A stretch of 64,000 bases of DNA, from NCBI GenBank assembly GCA_019658995.1, contig JAIFWN010000001.1, positions 20,852-84,851 of the forward strand, read 5' to 3'. Below the pieces are notes generated by a model. That model was not told the DNA's origin. It made no database searches and saw nothing but the letters and a program-made list of their open reading frames with translations. Both the position numbers and the translations under genes were made by a program. The stretch's first letter is position 1. Each line of letters starts with the position of its first letter. Below are positions 56,261 through 64,000 of the stretch, piece by piece. This DNA comes from Candidatus Parcubacteria bacterium. GTDB taxonomy: Bacteria > Patescibacteriota > Minisyncoccia > Phycocordibacterales > Zambryskibacteraceae.

Positions 56261-57044
56261 TCTTCTTGTTCTTCCTAAACCAGGTCATCTGGCGCTTGGA
56301 ATACTGCCGAATAGCAATCTCAAGCCTCTCAATAAATTCTTTCTTAGTAAACTTGCCCTGTAGATATTCCGAAGTGAAACGGTATTCGAGCCCCAGTTCA
56401 TAAGCACGCTTCCTGTTTAGTTTTTTAGTCTCGCGCAATATGCCGGGAATTCTTTTTAGCAATCTCTCATGGATGCGCTTATCCAAATCTTTAGGTTTGA
56501 GGCCGATCCATATAAAATCATAATCGCTCCGGATTTTGACTCTGGGGATTTTTCCCAGAGTCCTGATAATTTCTATCGCTCGGATCAGTCGGACTCTATT
56601 ATTCGGATCTTTAATCTTGTGTTTGCCAAGCATTCTTTGCAACTCTTTCAGAGATCTTTTCTCCAGTTTCTTGCGGAGAATCGAATTCGGCTGCACCTCC
56701 GGCAGATCCATAGTCAGAGCGTCTATATAAAAACCGGTACCGCCGATGATTATAGGCAATTTATTTCTACCAAGAATGAACCTGATTGCATTAAGCGCCA
56801 TCGGCTTCCACTCTGCGGCAGTGAAGCGCTCTTTGGGGTCAGCCACATCCATGAGGTAGTGGGGAATACCCCTCATCTCGCCTTTGGTGATCTTACCTGT
56901 GCCAATATCCAAGCCTTTGTAGACCTGGCGCGAGTCAGCCGATATGATCTCGCCATTGAGCTTCTTGGCTAGTCGCACAGCCAAAGCACTCTTGCCCGAG
57001 GCAGTAGGCCCCACTATTACCAAGACTTTCTGCTTCCTAATCAC
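56181..57044 (-). CDS. miaA: tRNA dimethylallyltransferase
   Basis: GPTASGKS, ISADSRQVYKGLDIGTGK, GGTGFY, YSKRQMTWF; GTG start just after tRNA-Leu. Confidence 0.95.
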   Translation of the reverse strand: MIRKQKVLVIVGPTASGKSALAVRLAKKLNGEIISADSRQVYKGLDIGTGKITKGEMRGIPHYLMDVADPKERFTAAEWKPMALNAIRFILGRNKLPIIIGGTGFYIDALTMDLPEVQPNSILRKKLEKRSLKELQRMLGKHKIKDPNNRVRLIRAIEIIRTLGKIPRVKIRSDYDFIWIGLKPKDLDKRIHERLLKRIPGILRETKKLNRKRAYELGLEYRFTSEYLQGKFTKKEFIERLEIAIRQYSKRQMTWFRKNKKIRWFDSASGAFRATTRLLSARPKPKR

Positions 57045-57046
57045 TG

Positions 57047-57127
57047 TGCCGGGAGAGAGACTCGAACTCTCACCCCTTACGAGACACGATTTTGAGTCGT
57101 GCGCGTCTACCATTCCGCCATCCCGGC
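57047..57127 (-). tRNA. tRNA-Leu(CAA)
   Basis: CACGA-CTCAAAA-TCGTG. Confidence 0.94.
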
Positions 57128-57169
57128 CTATACCTACAATCTACGATAAATTGGTGTTAAAATCTATCC

Positions 57170-58129
57170 ATGTCAGAGATCTACAATGACGCTATCTTTT
57201 GGATTGAGGTCAACAAAATCCACCCCAACCCGTACCAGCCGCGCCGCGAGTTCGATCAGATGGCCCTCAAGAGTCTTGCCGACTCCATAAGGCAATACGG
57301 TGTACTCCAAGCCCTCGTGGTAACTCGCAAAGAAGTCGAGAAGCCCGATGGTGGTCTCGCTACCGAGTACGAGCTGATAGCCGGAGAGCGTCGTTTGCGT
57401 GCGGCTAAGCTCGCCGGCCTCACCCAGGTGCCCGCGCAGGTGCGGAATGGCGAGGAGACGGATCTCATGAAGCTCGAGCTCGCCATTATTGAGAATATCC
57501 AGCGCGAGGATCTGAATGCCGTTGACCGGGCCCGCGCTTTCGACCGACTGGTCAAGGAATTCGGCTTCAAGCATGCTGATATCGGTAAAAAGGTGGGGAA
57601 GAGCCGCGAGTACGTATCAAACACTCTGCGCATTCTCATGCTTCCGGAGCCGATTCTGCAAGCTCTGGCGGAAGGGAAGATCAACGAAGGCCATACCCGC
57701 CCGCTTATGATGCTTACAGACAGGCCACAGGAGCAGGAAACCCTGTTCAAAGAAATTGTTTTCAAAAAGATGAATGTTCGCGAGGCAGAGAGCATCGCCC
57801 GCAAAATCGCTTTTGAGAGAGCCAGGAAGCTTATGGATCCTGATCTCGTCGATCTTGAAGATAAGTTCAAGGAAACTCTGGGTACCCGCGTCAGAATAGA
57901 GAAAAAGGATGAGGGCGGCAAGATCACCATAGACTTCTTCTCCAAAGACGACCTGGTAGCACTTTTGCAAAAGCTTTCGCTGCAAGAGACGGCACCTCGG
58001 AATATAGTAAGCACTGAGAAGCCGGCTGAGCCGACCGAGGAAGAGAAAATTATAATGGCCGAGGGAGCCAAAGAAGCCATGGAAGCTCCTGAAGAAGATC
58101 TCTACTCCGTCAAAAACTTTTCAATATAA
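57170..58129 (+). CDS. parB: ParB/Spo0J partitioning protein
   Basis: PNPYQPR, IAGERRLRA, ENIQREDLN, HTH GKSREYVSN. Confidence 0.95.
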   Translation: MSEIYNDAIFWIEVNKIHPNPYQPRREFDQMALKSLADSIRQYGVLQALVVTRKEVEKPDGGLATEYELIAGERRLRAAKLAGLTQVPAQVRNGEETDLMKLELAIIENIQREDLNAVDRARAFDRLVKEFGFKHADIGKKVGKSREYVSNTLRILMLPEPILQALAEGKINEGHTRPLMMLTDRPQEQETLFKEIVFKKMNVREAESIARKIAFERARKLMDPDLVDLEDKFKETLGTRVRIEKKDEGGKITIDFFSKDDLVALLQKLSLQETAPRNIVSTEKPAEPTEEEKIIMAEGAKEAMEAPEEDLYSVKNFSI

Positions 58130-58156
58130 AGAAAAGAGCACCCCTGTTGGGAATGC

Positions 58157-58744
58157 TCAGAATTTCCGATGGGAGATCAGATACATGCGTGCCAGATCTC
58201 TTTCTTGCGGATGATACTGGTAAGCCGTAGTGAGGATGAGGCGCGAATTCGCGTTCTTCACCAAAGTCCATGAGACCCTGGGACCGTAACCGATCGAATT
58301 TTTCGCCGGGCGGAAGGTATTCTCCGTCTCCGCGCCGAGAGCGAGCGGTCCGCTGACTACCGCCTCCACGACTGACATATGATAGAGAGCTCGCTGAGAG
58401 AGGAACGGTGACACTTCGGTGAAGAAGGATGTCCTGCCGAGGCTGAACGAGTTGCGTACATCGAGGAGCCAGTTGTTCTTCCTGCCCCACTGACGCCAGA
58501 TCATCGTCTCGAGCGAGCTTCCACCGCGGCGGTAGCCAAGACCACCGAAGATGTTCATGTTGCCGGGCGGACCAGCGCGTCGCACATTACCGATGAGCCA
58601 TGAGGCTGCGAACCAATGCTGATCGAGCTTCATCGTCGGATGGATGATCAGTCTCGACATCTGATCCGGATCGCTCTGCTGCGATGAGAGCGGGGAAGCC
58701 AGCGCTACGAGCGCGGCCATGAGCAAGGCTGTTTGCCGAAGCAT
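58157..58744 (-). CDS. Orphan secreted beta-rich protein resembling an outer-membrane beta-barrel
   Basis: Signal peptide, alternating amphipathic strands, C-terminal Phe; GGAG SD. Confidence 0.7.
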   Translation of the reverse strand: MLRQTALLMAALVALASPLSSQQSDPDQMSRLIIHPTMKLDQHWFAASWLIGNVRRAGPPGNMNIFGGLGYRRGGSSLETMIWRQWGRKNNWLLDVRNSFSLGRTSFFTEVSPFLSQRALYHMSVVEAVVSGPLALGAETENTFRPAKNSIGYGPRVSWTLVKNANSRLILTTAYQYHPQERDLARMYLISHRKF

Positions 58745-58882
58745 GTTGTCTCCAAAGAAGGGGTGCCTCAGGCCACCCTAGCACGAAGCTTAGATGTTGA
58801 CAAATCCCAGATTTATGTGTATGATGCAAGAGCTAGGTGAAAAACAGTAGCCTAGAGATCTTTAACTAGGGAGGAACAGCCC

Positions 58883-59464
58883 ATGTCGGGAACAGCCTTG
58901 CCTGGTTGGTACGTCAATTTCCAAACCGCGGTTCTTCAACAGCTCCCGCGGCCGGGCGTACTCAGCCAACACGATGCAGAGAAGTGGATTAGCACACAAG
59001 CAAAGTTGAAACGCGAATTAACGGAGACCCTTCTGTCCGATGTACTGCTCCAGCAAGTACCGGTAGATACAACTCTATCGTGGAAAGACATGCTAGAGTC
59101 GGCTGGGCGCCATTTGTATCTAGAGGGTAGTCCCGAGATGATCGAGGCAATGCCACGCGGTCGGGCGAAAAAGATCGAGGCGTACTTCTTCAGGCTCGGC
59201 TATGAGATGGATATCCATGAGGTGAAGTATAAGTACAAAGTGCACGGTCTCAGGCCTCTGGACCCATATTCGCTGGCGGCGATCAATGCCCACGACCAGG
59301 ACTTTGCCGACGAGTGCAACAATGCGACCTACTGGGAAGTAGAAGCGCAAGATGGTTGGCGTAGTCTAGCTTTCCACGGGGGTCCCAAAGACCGCATGGC
59401 CACTCTCGTCTCTCGCCAGAGAAGGTGGGAGGGAAGCTGGTGGTTCGCTGGAATTCCACTATAG
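58883..59464 (+). CDS. Orphan protein, paralog of 59662-60234 (possible C-type-lectin-like fold)
   Basis: TTGACA-N17-TATGAT, GGAGG; MPRG..FFRL..DPYSLAA..TYW..W..WWFAG. Confidence 0.8.
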   Translation: MSGTALPGWYVNFQTAVLQQLPRPGVLSQHDAEKWISTQAKLKRELTETLLSDVLLQQVPVDTTLSWKDMLESAGRHLYLEGSPEMIEAMPRGRAKKIEAYFFRLGYEMDIHEVKYKYKVHGLRPLDPYSLAAINAHDQDFADECNNATYWEVEAQDGWRSLAFHGGPKDRMATLVSRQRRWEGSWWFAGIPL

Positions 59465-59661
59465 TAGTAACAAATTAAATAGGCTCCTCGAGATTTCGGG
59501 AAGCCTGTTTTTTTATTTCTTCCATCAAAAATTTTTCTATTTGACAGTAATTATAATAAGTTGTAGGGTCAAGATGTAGTTCTTTGAGTGCTGTTGCGAA
59601 GCCGGATGGCTAGCTTAATCCCAACAGGGACAGCACGTGACAGATCCCAGAGGAGAGTCAC

Positions 59662-60234
59662 ATGCCAGTAGCAAACGATTTTGGTGTAGTCACCATGGGT
59701 AGGTTAGCGAGGAGGCTCGCTGAAGCCGGTTGGGAACCCGAAGACCTGGAGTCACTCACGCCCGAGATGGCTCGTCGATTTCTGGATGTCCATCATGAGC
59801 TCGCAGAAGTGCGACCCATGGATCGGATTGTCTGTCGCGTCCGTGTGGACCGCAGCCGGACTCCCCGTCAGGCCCTCTCGTATTACAAAGGAAATGCCAT
59901 AATCACATCGGCTGTGGACTCGATGCCTAGGGGCGAGGGCGAAGAAGTGGATGTAATCTTCTACCGCCTCTCAAGCGAAATGTCCGACGAGTACATTGAG
60001 GAAGCGTACGGGCATGAACACAAGACCGATCCGTACGCCGTTCTCGCAGTTCACCAGCTCAAACCCGACTTCTTCCACGCTCATCCTGGCGGTACGTACT
60101 GGAAAGATGTCGCAGGTAATTGGTGTCATCTCATGATCACTGGGCGTAGGTCATCACAGTATCTTTATGCAGAACAAGGAAATGCTGGTATCGGATGGGC
60201 CTCGGATGTGTGGTTGGGGTTCGTTCGCAAATGA
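59662..60234 (+). CDS. Orphan protein, paralog of 58883-59464
   Basis: TTGACA-N17-TAGGGT, AGGAG; MPRG..FYRL..DPYAVLA..TYW..W..WLGFVRK. Confidence 0.8.
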   Translation: MPVANDFGVVTMGRLARRLAEAGWEPEDLESLTPEMARRFLDVHHELAEVRPMDRIVCRVRVDRSRTPRQALSYYKGNAIITSAVDSMPRGEGEEVDVIFYRLSSEMSDEYIEEAYGHEHKTDPYAVLAVHQLKPDFFHAHPGGTYWKDVAGNWCHLMITGRRSSQYLYAEQGNAGIGWASDVWLGFVRK

Positions 60235-60245
60235 TGATTGGCCCC

Positions 60246-60280
60246 TGAGCCTCGCGCATGCGCGAGGCTCATTTCTTTTT
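60246..60280. terminator. Palindromic terminator between the orphan and topA
   Basis: TGAGCCTCGCGCATGCGCGAGGCTCA plus T-rich tract. Confidence 0.8.
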
Positions 60281-62432
60281 ATTTCTTCTTTCTTGCGAAA
60301 CCGCGCTGTTTCTTGGGCTCTTTCAAAATTTCTAAAGCTCTATCAAGGTTTATGGTATAGACATCATCGGTTTTGAGAGAGCGAAAGTCTTTCTGATGGA
60401 CTATGTAAGGTCCGAAGCGGCCGACGTTCGCTGTGATCTCTTCTCCGGTTTCCGGATGTTTCCCGAGTTTTCTCGGCAAAGATAAATATACTAGAGCATC
60501 TTGTAGACTGACTTCCTCCAGATTTTTATTTTTCGGTACGCTCGATTTACGCGCTTTGATTTTCTTCTTCTTGTCATCCTCGCCGACCTGCACATAAGGT
60601 CCGAAGCGGCCAGTTTTGAGGAATACATTTAGTCCGGACTCGGGATCTACGCCTATCGGGACATCGGCCTTAATCTCTTCGCCCTTTATAGTGAGAGCTC
60701 CCGTGCAGTCAGGGAAGCGCGAGCAGGAGAGGAAGCGTCCGCCCCGCCCTAATTTGATGATCATATCCGAGCCGCAGACAGGGCACTTGAACTCTTTGGG
60801 AGCGGCACCTAGGTCGGTGGCTTTGGCCATCTTCTCCTTGCTCTTCACATCGGCATGGAATGGGCCGTAGAAGTCAGTCAGAGTCTTAACATACGTGCGT
60901 TTGCCGAGGGCTATCTCATCAAGCTCATCCTCCATCTCAGCGGTGAAGTCGTCGCTGATATATTTGTCGAAGTTCTCCTCAAGGAAACCGGAGACTACCT
61001 CGCCGACGTCTGTCGGCACCAAGGCCTTTTGCTGCTTCTCCACATAACCTCGGTCAACGACAGTTTTGATGATCGAGGCGTAAGTGGAAGGTCGTCCGAT
61101 GCCGCGCTTCTCGAGCTCTTTAATCAGTCCGGCTTCGGAGTATCGCGGCGGTGGTTCAGTCTGCTTCTCCTCAGCTAAGATATTTTCCAGATCGAGCTTT
61201 TCTCCAATTTTAAACGATGGGAGTATCACATCCTCACCCTGGGCTGCCGGATCGGCCTTAGTCCAGCCATCGAAGAGGATGCGCGAGCCATTCAGTGCAA
61301 AGTCTGGGATTTTATTGTCTTCAATATTGGCCGTAACCTTGGTACGCATAATGAGCGCGTCCTTCATTTGCGTAGCGAGCGTTCGGCTCCAGATCAGTTT
61401 GTAGAGCTTCTTCTGTTCGTCTGTCGCTCCGGCAGTGACAATGTTCATATGCGTCGGGCGGATGGCTTCGTGCGCCTCCTGGGCGTTCTTCGACTTCTTC
61501 ACAAAGGCGTGCGACTCGTAGTAGCTTGCTCCGAACTTCTCCTTCACCGTTCTCTCGATATCCGCGCGGGCTTGAGCCCCGAGATTGAAAGAGTCTGTAC
61601 GCATATAAGTAATGTGCCCGGCTTCGTAGAGGCGCTGGGCTACCATCATAGTGCGGGAAGGGGCAAAGCCCAGGCGCGAGCTTGCTGCCTGCTGAAGAGT
61701 CGAGGTGATGAAAGGGGGTTTGGGTGCGCGCTTAACCTCCGTCTCTTTGATATCCGTCACCTTCCAGCTGCCGGTCTTGCCCAACTCTAAAATTCTGTCC
61801 ACCTCTTTCCTGTCTCTCGGTTCTACTGAGCAGTCGAAGGCGAGCTTATTTAAAATAGCTATGATTTTCCAGAAGGTCTCCGGCTTGAAAGCGCGTATCT
61901 CCCGCTCGCGCTCTACTAGTATGCGAAGCGCTGGCGATTGCACACGGCCGGCCGAGAGGCCATAGCGCACTTTCTTCCATATCAGTCCCGAAAGATCGTA
62001 GCCGACGAGACGGTCCAAGACTCTGCGAGCCTCCTGAGCCTCCTTGAGATTTTCATCGATCTCCCTAGGGTTATTGATAGCTTCTTCTACAGCTTCTTTG
62101 GTAATTTCATGAAAGACGCTTCTTTTCGGTTTCTTCAAGCCTATGGCCTCGGATATGTGCCAGGCAATGGCCTCGCCCTCGCGGTCGGGGTCGGTGGCGA
62201 GGATCACTTCGTCAGCTTTTTTAGCGAGATTCTTAATATCGGCAATGATATGTTCCTTGCCCTTAACTACTTCGTAGTGCGGTATGAAGCCGCCCGGCAC
62301 ATCGATGGCCTTTTTATTGCTCTTCGGGAGATCGCGAACGTGGCCGACAGAGGCGACCACGCGGAAATCCTTACCGAGATATTTTTCTATAGTCTTCGCC
62401 TTCGACGGAGACTCAACTATTACCAAACGCAT
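60279..62432 (-). CDS. topA: DNA topoisomerase I
   Basis: IVESPSKAK, ATDPDREGE, SAGRVQS, ITYMRTDS, GIGRPSTY. Confidence 0.98.
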   Translation of the reverse strand: MRLVIVESPSKAKTIEKYLGKDFRVVASVGHVRDLPKSNKKAIDVPGGFIPHYEVVKGKEHIIADIKNLAKKADEVILATDPDREGEAIAWHISEAIGLKKPKRSVFHEITKEAVEEAINNPREIDENLKEAQEARRVLDRLVGYDLSGLIWKKVRYGLSAGRVQSPALRILVEREREIRAFKPETFWKIIAILNKLAFDCSVEPRDRKEVDRILELGKTGSWKVTDIKETEVKRAPKPPFITSTLQQAASSRLGFAPSRTMMVAQRLYEAGHITYMRTDSFNLGAQARADIERTVKEKFGASYYESHAFVKKSKNAQEAHEAIRPTHMNIVTAGATDEQKKLYKLIWSRTLATQMKDALIMRTKVTANIEDNKIPDFALNGSRILFDGWTKADPAAQGEDVILPSFKIGEKLDLENILAEEKQTEPPPRYSEAGLIKELEKRGIGRPSTYASIIKTVVDRGYVEKQQKALVPTDVGEVVSGFLEENFDKYISDDFTAEMEDELDEIALGKRTYVKTLTDFYGPFHADVKSKEKMAKATDLGAAPKEFKCPVCGSDMIIKLGRGGRFLSCSRFPDCTGALTIKGEEIKADVPIGVDPESGLNVFLKTGRFGPYVQVGEDDKKKKIKARKSSVPKNKNLEEVSLQDALVYLSLPRKLGKHPETGEEITANVGRFGPYIVHQKDFRSLKTDDVYTINLDRALEILKEPKKQRGFARKKK

Positions 62433-62471
62433 TTCTCAATTAATACTACGGATGTGATTTATTAGCAAATT

Positions 62472-63326
62472 TCAGAAGGTTTTTCTCACTTCGCCGAGTT
62501 GTTCCACGATAAGCCCTTTGATTTCGAGGAGAGAGAGTACGGCGTTAGCTTTGGAGATGTCCAGTTTGGATTTACGGACCAGTTCATCGCGTTCGTGGGG
62601 CTCGCCCAAAATTTTTATAAAAACTTTTTCTTCGTCTGTCAGATCCTCGGTATTAAATAGCGTGTCATGGCCTTCGCTCTTTAAGCTTAAAAGCTCCAAT
62701 ATATCCGCTGAGTCGCGTATGAGAGCGGCGCCGAGACGTATGAGCATGTGCGGACCCTCGGAAGTCGAAGAGGTGATAGGTCCGGGCACCGCACCAACCT
62801 CTCTATTATATTCGGTGGCCAGGCGGGAAGTGATGAGAGTGCCGGATCTCTTCTCCGCTTCGATAACTATAGTGGCGTGGCACATACCGGCCATAATCCT
62901 GTTTCTTTTGGGGAAGGTCCAGATGCCGGCAGGCATTTCGTCATCGTACTCCGATATTAGGCCGCCGCCCGCATCAACGATTTCCTGGGCCAGCCTTACA
63001 TGCGAACGCGGGTGGAGTACTTTGGTCGAGAGGCCGGAGCCGGGCAGGGCGACAGTTTGAAGACCTGCTTCTATAGCTGCACGGTGCGCCAGAGAGTCTA
63101 TACCGAGAGCCAAGCCGCTGACGATGGTTATCGGGTAGCCAGCCAAGCCGAGTATGAGCGAATGGCATACCTCGCTGCTGTAAGAAGTGTATTTGCGTGA
63201 GCCGACTACGGCCAAGAGTTTATTGCCCTCTGTCGGAGGCGAACCCCAGAGGCGGAGCTTTTTCGGCGGGTCGTTGATCTCCCGCAGTAATGCCGGCCAC
63301 TCGTCTTGTGGGAGCTCTCTTATCAT
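62472..63326 (-). CDS. dprA: DNA-processing protein DprA
   Basis: AVVGSR, IVSGLALGID..AH, FPKRNRI, SGTLIT. Confidence 0.95.
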   Translation of the reverse strand: MIRELPQDEWPALLREINDPPKKLRLWGSPPTEGNKLLAVVGSRKYTSYSSEVCHSLILGLAGYPITIVSGLALGIDSLAHRAAIEAGLQTVALPGSGLSTKVLHPRSHVRLAQEIVDAGGGLISEYDDEMPAGIWTFPKRNRIMAGMCHATIVIEAEKRSGTLITSRLATEYNREVGAVPGPITSSTSEGPHMLIRLGAALIRDSADILELLSLKSEGHDTLFNTEDLTDEEKVFIKILGEPHERDELVRKSKLDISKANAVLSLLEIKGLIVEQLGEVRKTF

Positions 63327-63343
63327 GTGGTAATATTCTATCA

Positions 63344-64000
63344 ATGCTCGACATCAAATTCATCCGCGAGAACAAGGAACTGGTGGAGATGGCCTCCAAG
63401 AAGAAGCGCCTGGACTTCGATGTAAATAAGCTGATAGAGGCGGATGACAAGCGCAAGACACTCCTAACAAAGGTGGAGGAGAAGCGCGCTGAGCAAAACC
63501 AGGCCAGTCAGGAGATTGTCAGAGCCTCCGGTCCAGAGAGGGCCGATATCCTAGAGAAGATGAAATTTGTGAAGGAAGAACTTTCTAAAAGCGAGGAGGA
63601 GTTAAAGATAGTTATGAAGGACTGGCAGATGCTGATGCTCCAGGTGCCCAACATTCCTGATATTTCCGTACCCGAGGGTGCGAGCGATGCAGACAATAAG
63701 GAAGTGAAGAGGTGGGGCACTATCCCGAAGTTCGACTTCGAACCCAAGAGCCACATCGAGATTATGCAGAACCTCGATATGGCCGACTTCGAGCGCGGCA
63801 CCAAGGTCGCGGGCTTCCGCGGTTACTTCCTCAAGAACGACGGGGCATTGCTCTCCTTTGCCATCTGGCAGTATGCATACAATTTCTTTCTCTCAAGAGG
63901 TTTTACTTCGATGATAGTACCGTCGCTTGTGCGCAAGGAATCTCTTATGGGCACCGGTTTCCTGCCGCAGGGAGAGGAAGATCTGTATAAAACGCAGGAT
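63344..64000 (+). CDS. serS: Serine--tRNA ligase, 3'-truncated by the window end
   Basis: MLDIKFIREN, VPNIPD..VPEG, KVAGFRGYFL, GTGFLP. Confidence 0.95.
   Translation, partial: MLDIKFIRENKELVEMASKKKRLDFDVNKLIEADDKRKTLLTKVEEKRAEQNQASQEIVRASGPERADILEKMKFVKEELSKSEEELKIVMKDWQMLMLQVPNIPDISVPEGASDADNKEVKRWGTIPKFDFEPKSHIEIMQNLDMADFERGTKVAGFRGYFLKNDGALLSFAIWQYAYNFFLSRGFTSMIVPSLVRKESLMGTGFLPQGEEDLYKTQD

Noticed and set aside
54958-57113. ORF-track N-terminal extensions through tRNA-Tyr and tRNA-Leu
   Set aside because: They overlap intact tRNA genes; starts reassigned to 55042 and 57044
23424-60234. Integron cassettes as the source of the orphan genes
   Set aside because: No attC-like conserved flanks or integrase seen; genes are dispersed and carry their own promoters

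Overview
This is a 64 kb chromosomal segment of a Patescibacteria/CPR bacterium (Parcubacteria/Paceibacteria-like, genetic code 11). The assignment rests on short ValS, IF2 and bS1, tandem T4SS-pilin-like genes, giant GIGTTxP/peptidase-S74 surface proteins and very compact gene packing. Core genes: murJ, lepA, valS, tsaD, trxB, ftsA/ftsZ, ybeY, rpsU, rpsA, pth, two lepB, gyrA, gmk, rbfA, infB, clpB, rpmG, miaA, parB, topA, dprA and serS (partial), plus RNase P RNA and 14 tRNAs. No CRISPR array, integrase, transposase or reverse transcriptase was seen. Main unexplained structure: (1) core genes look leaderless, while about 17 orphan genes are self-contained cassettes with Shine-Dalgarno sites, terminators and mostly -35/-10 promoters; several encode secreted proteins that look like diderm envelope proteins, including a probable beta-barrel; (2) a ~250 nt ORF-less, multi-helix RNA with its own promoter and terminator upstream of rpsA; (3) tRNA genes abutting the start codons of tsaD, miaA and dedA; (4) a palindromic element inserted in frame in lepA and a 15-bp-IR miniature element at the head of a six-pilin array; (5) several apparent pseudo-enzymes. 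All assignments are by eye; no database searches were run.
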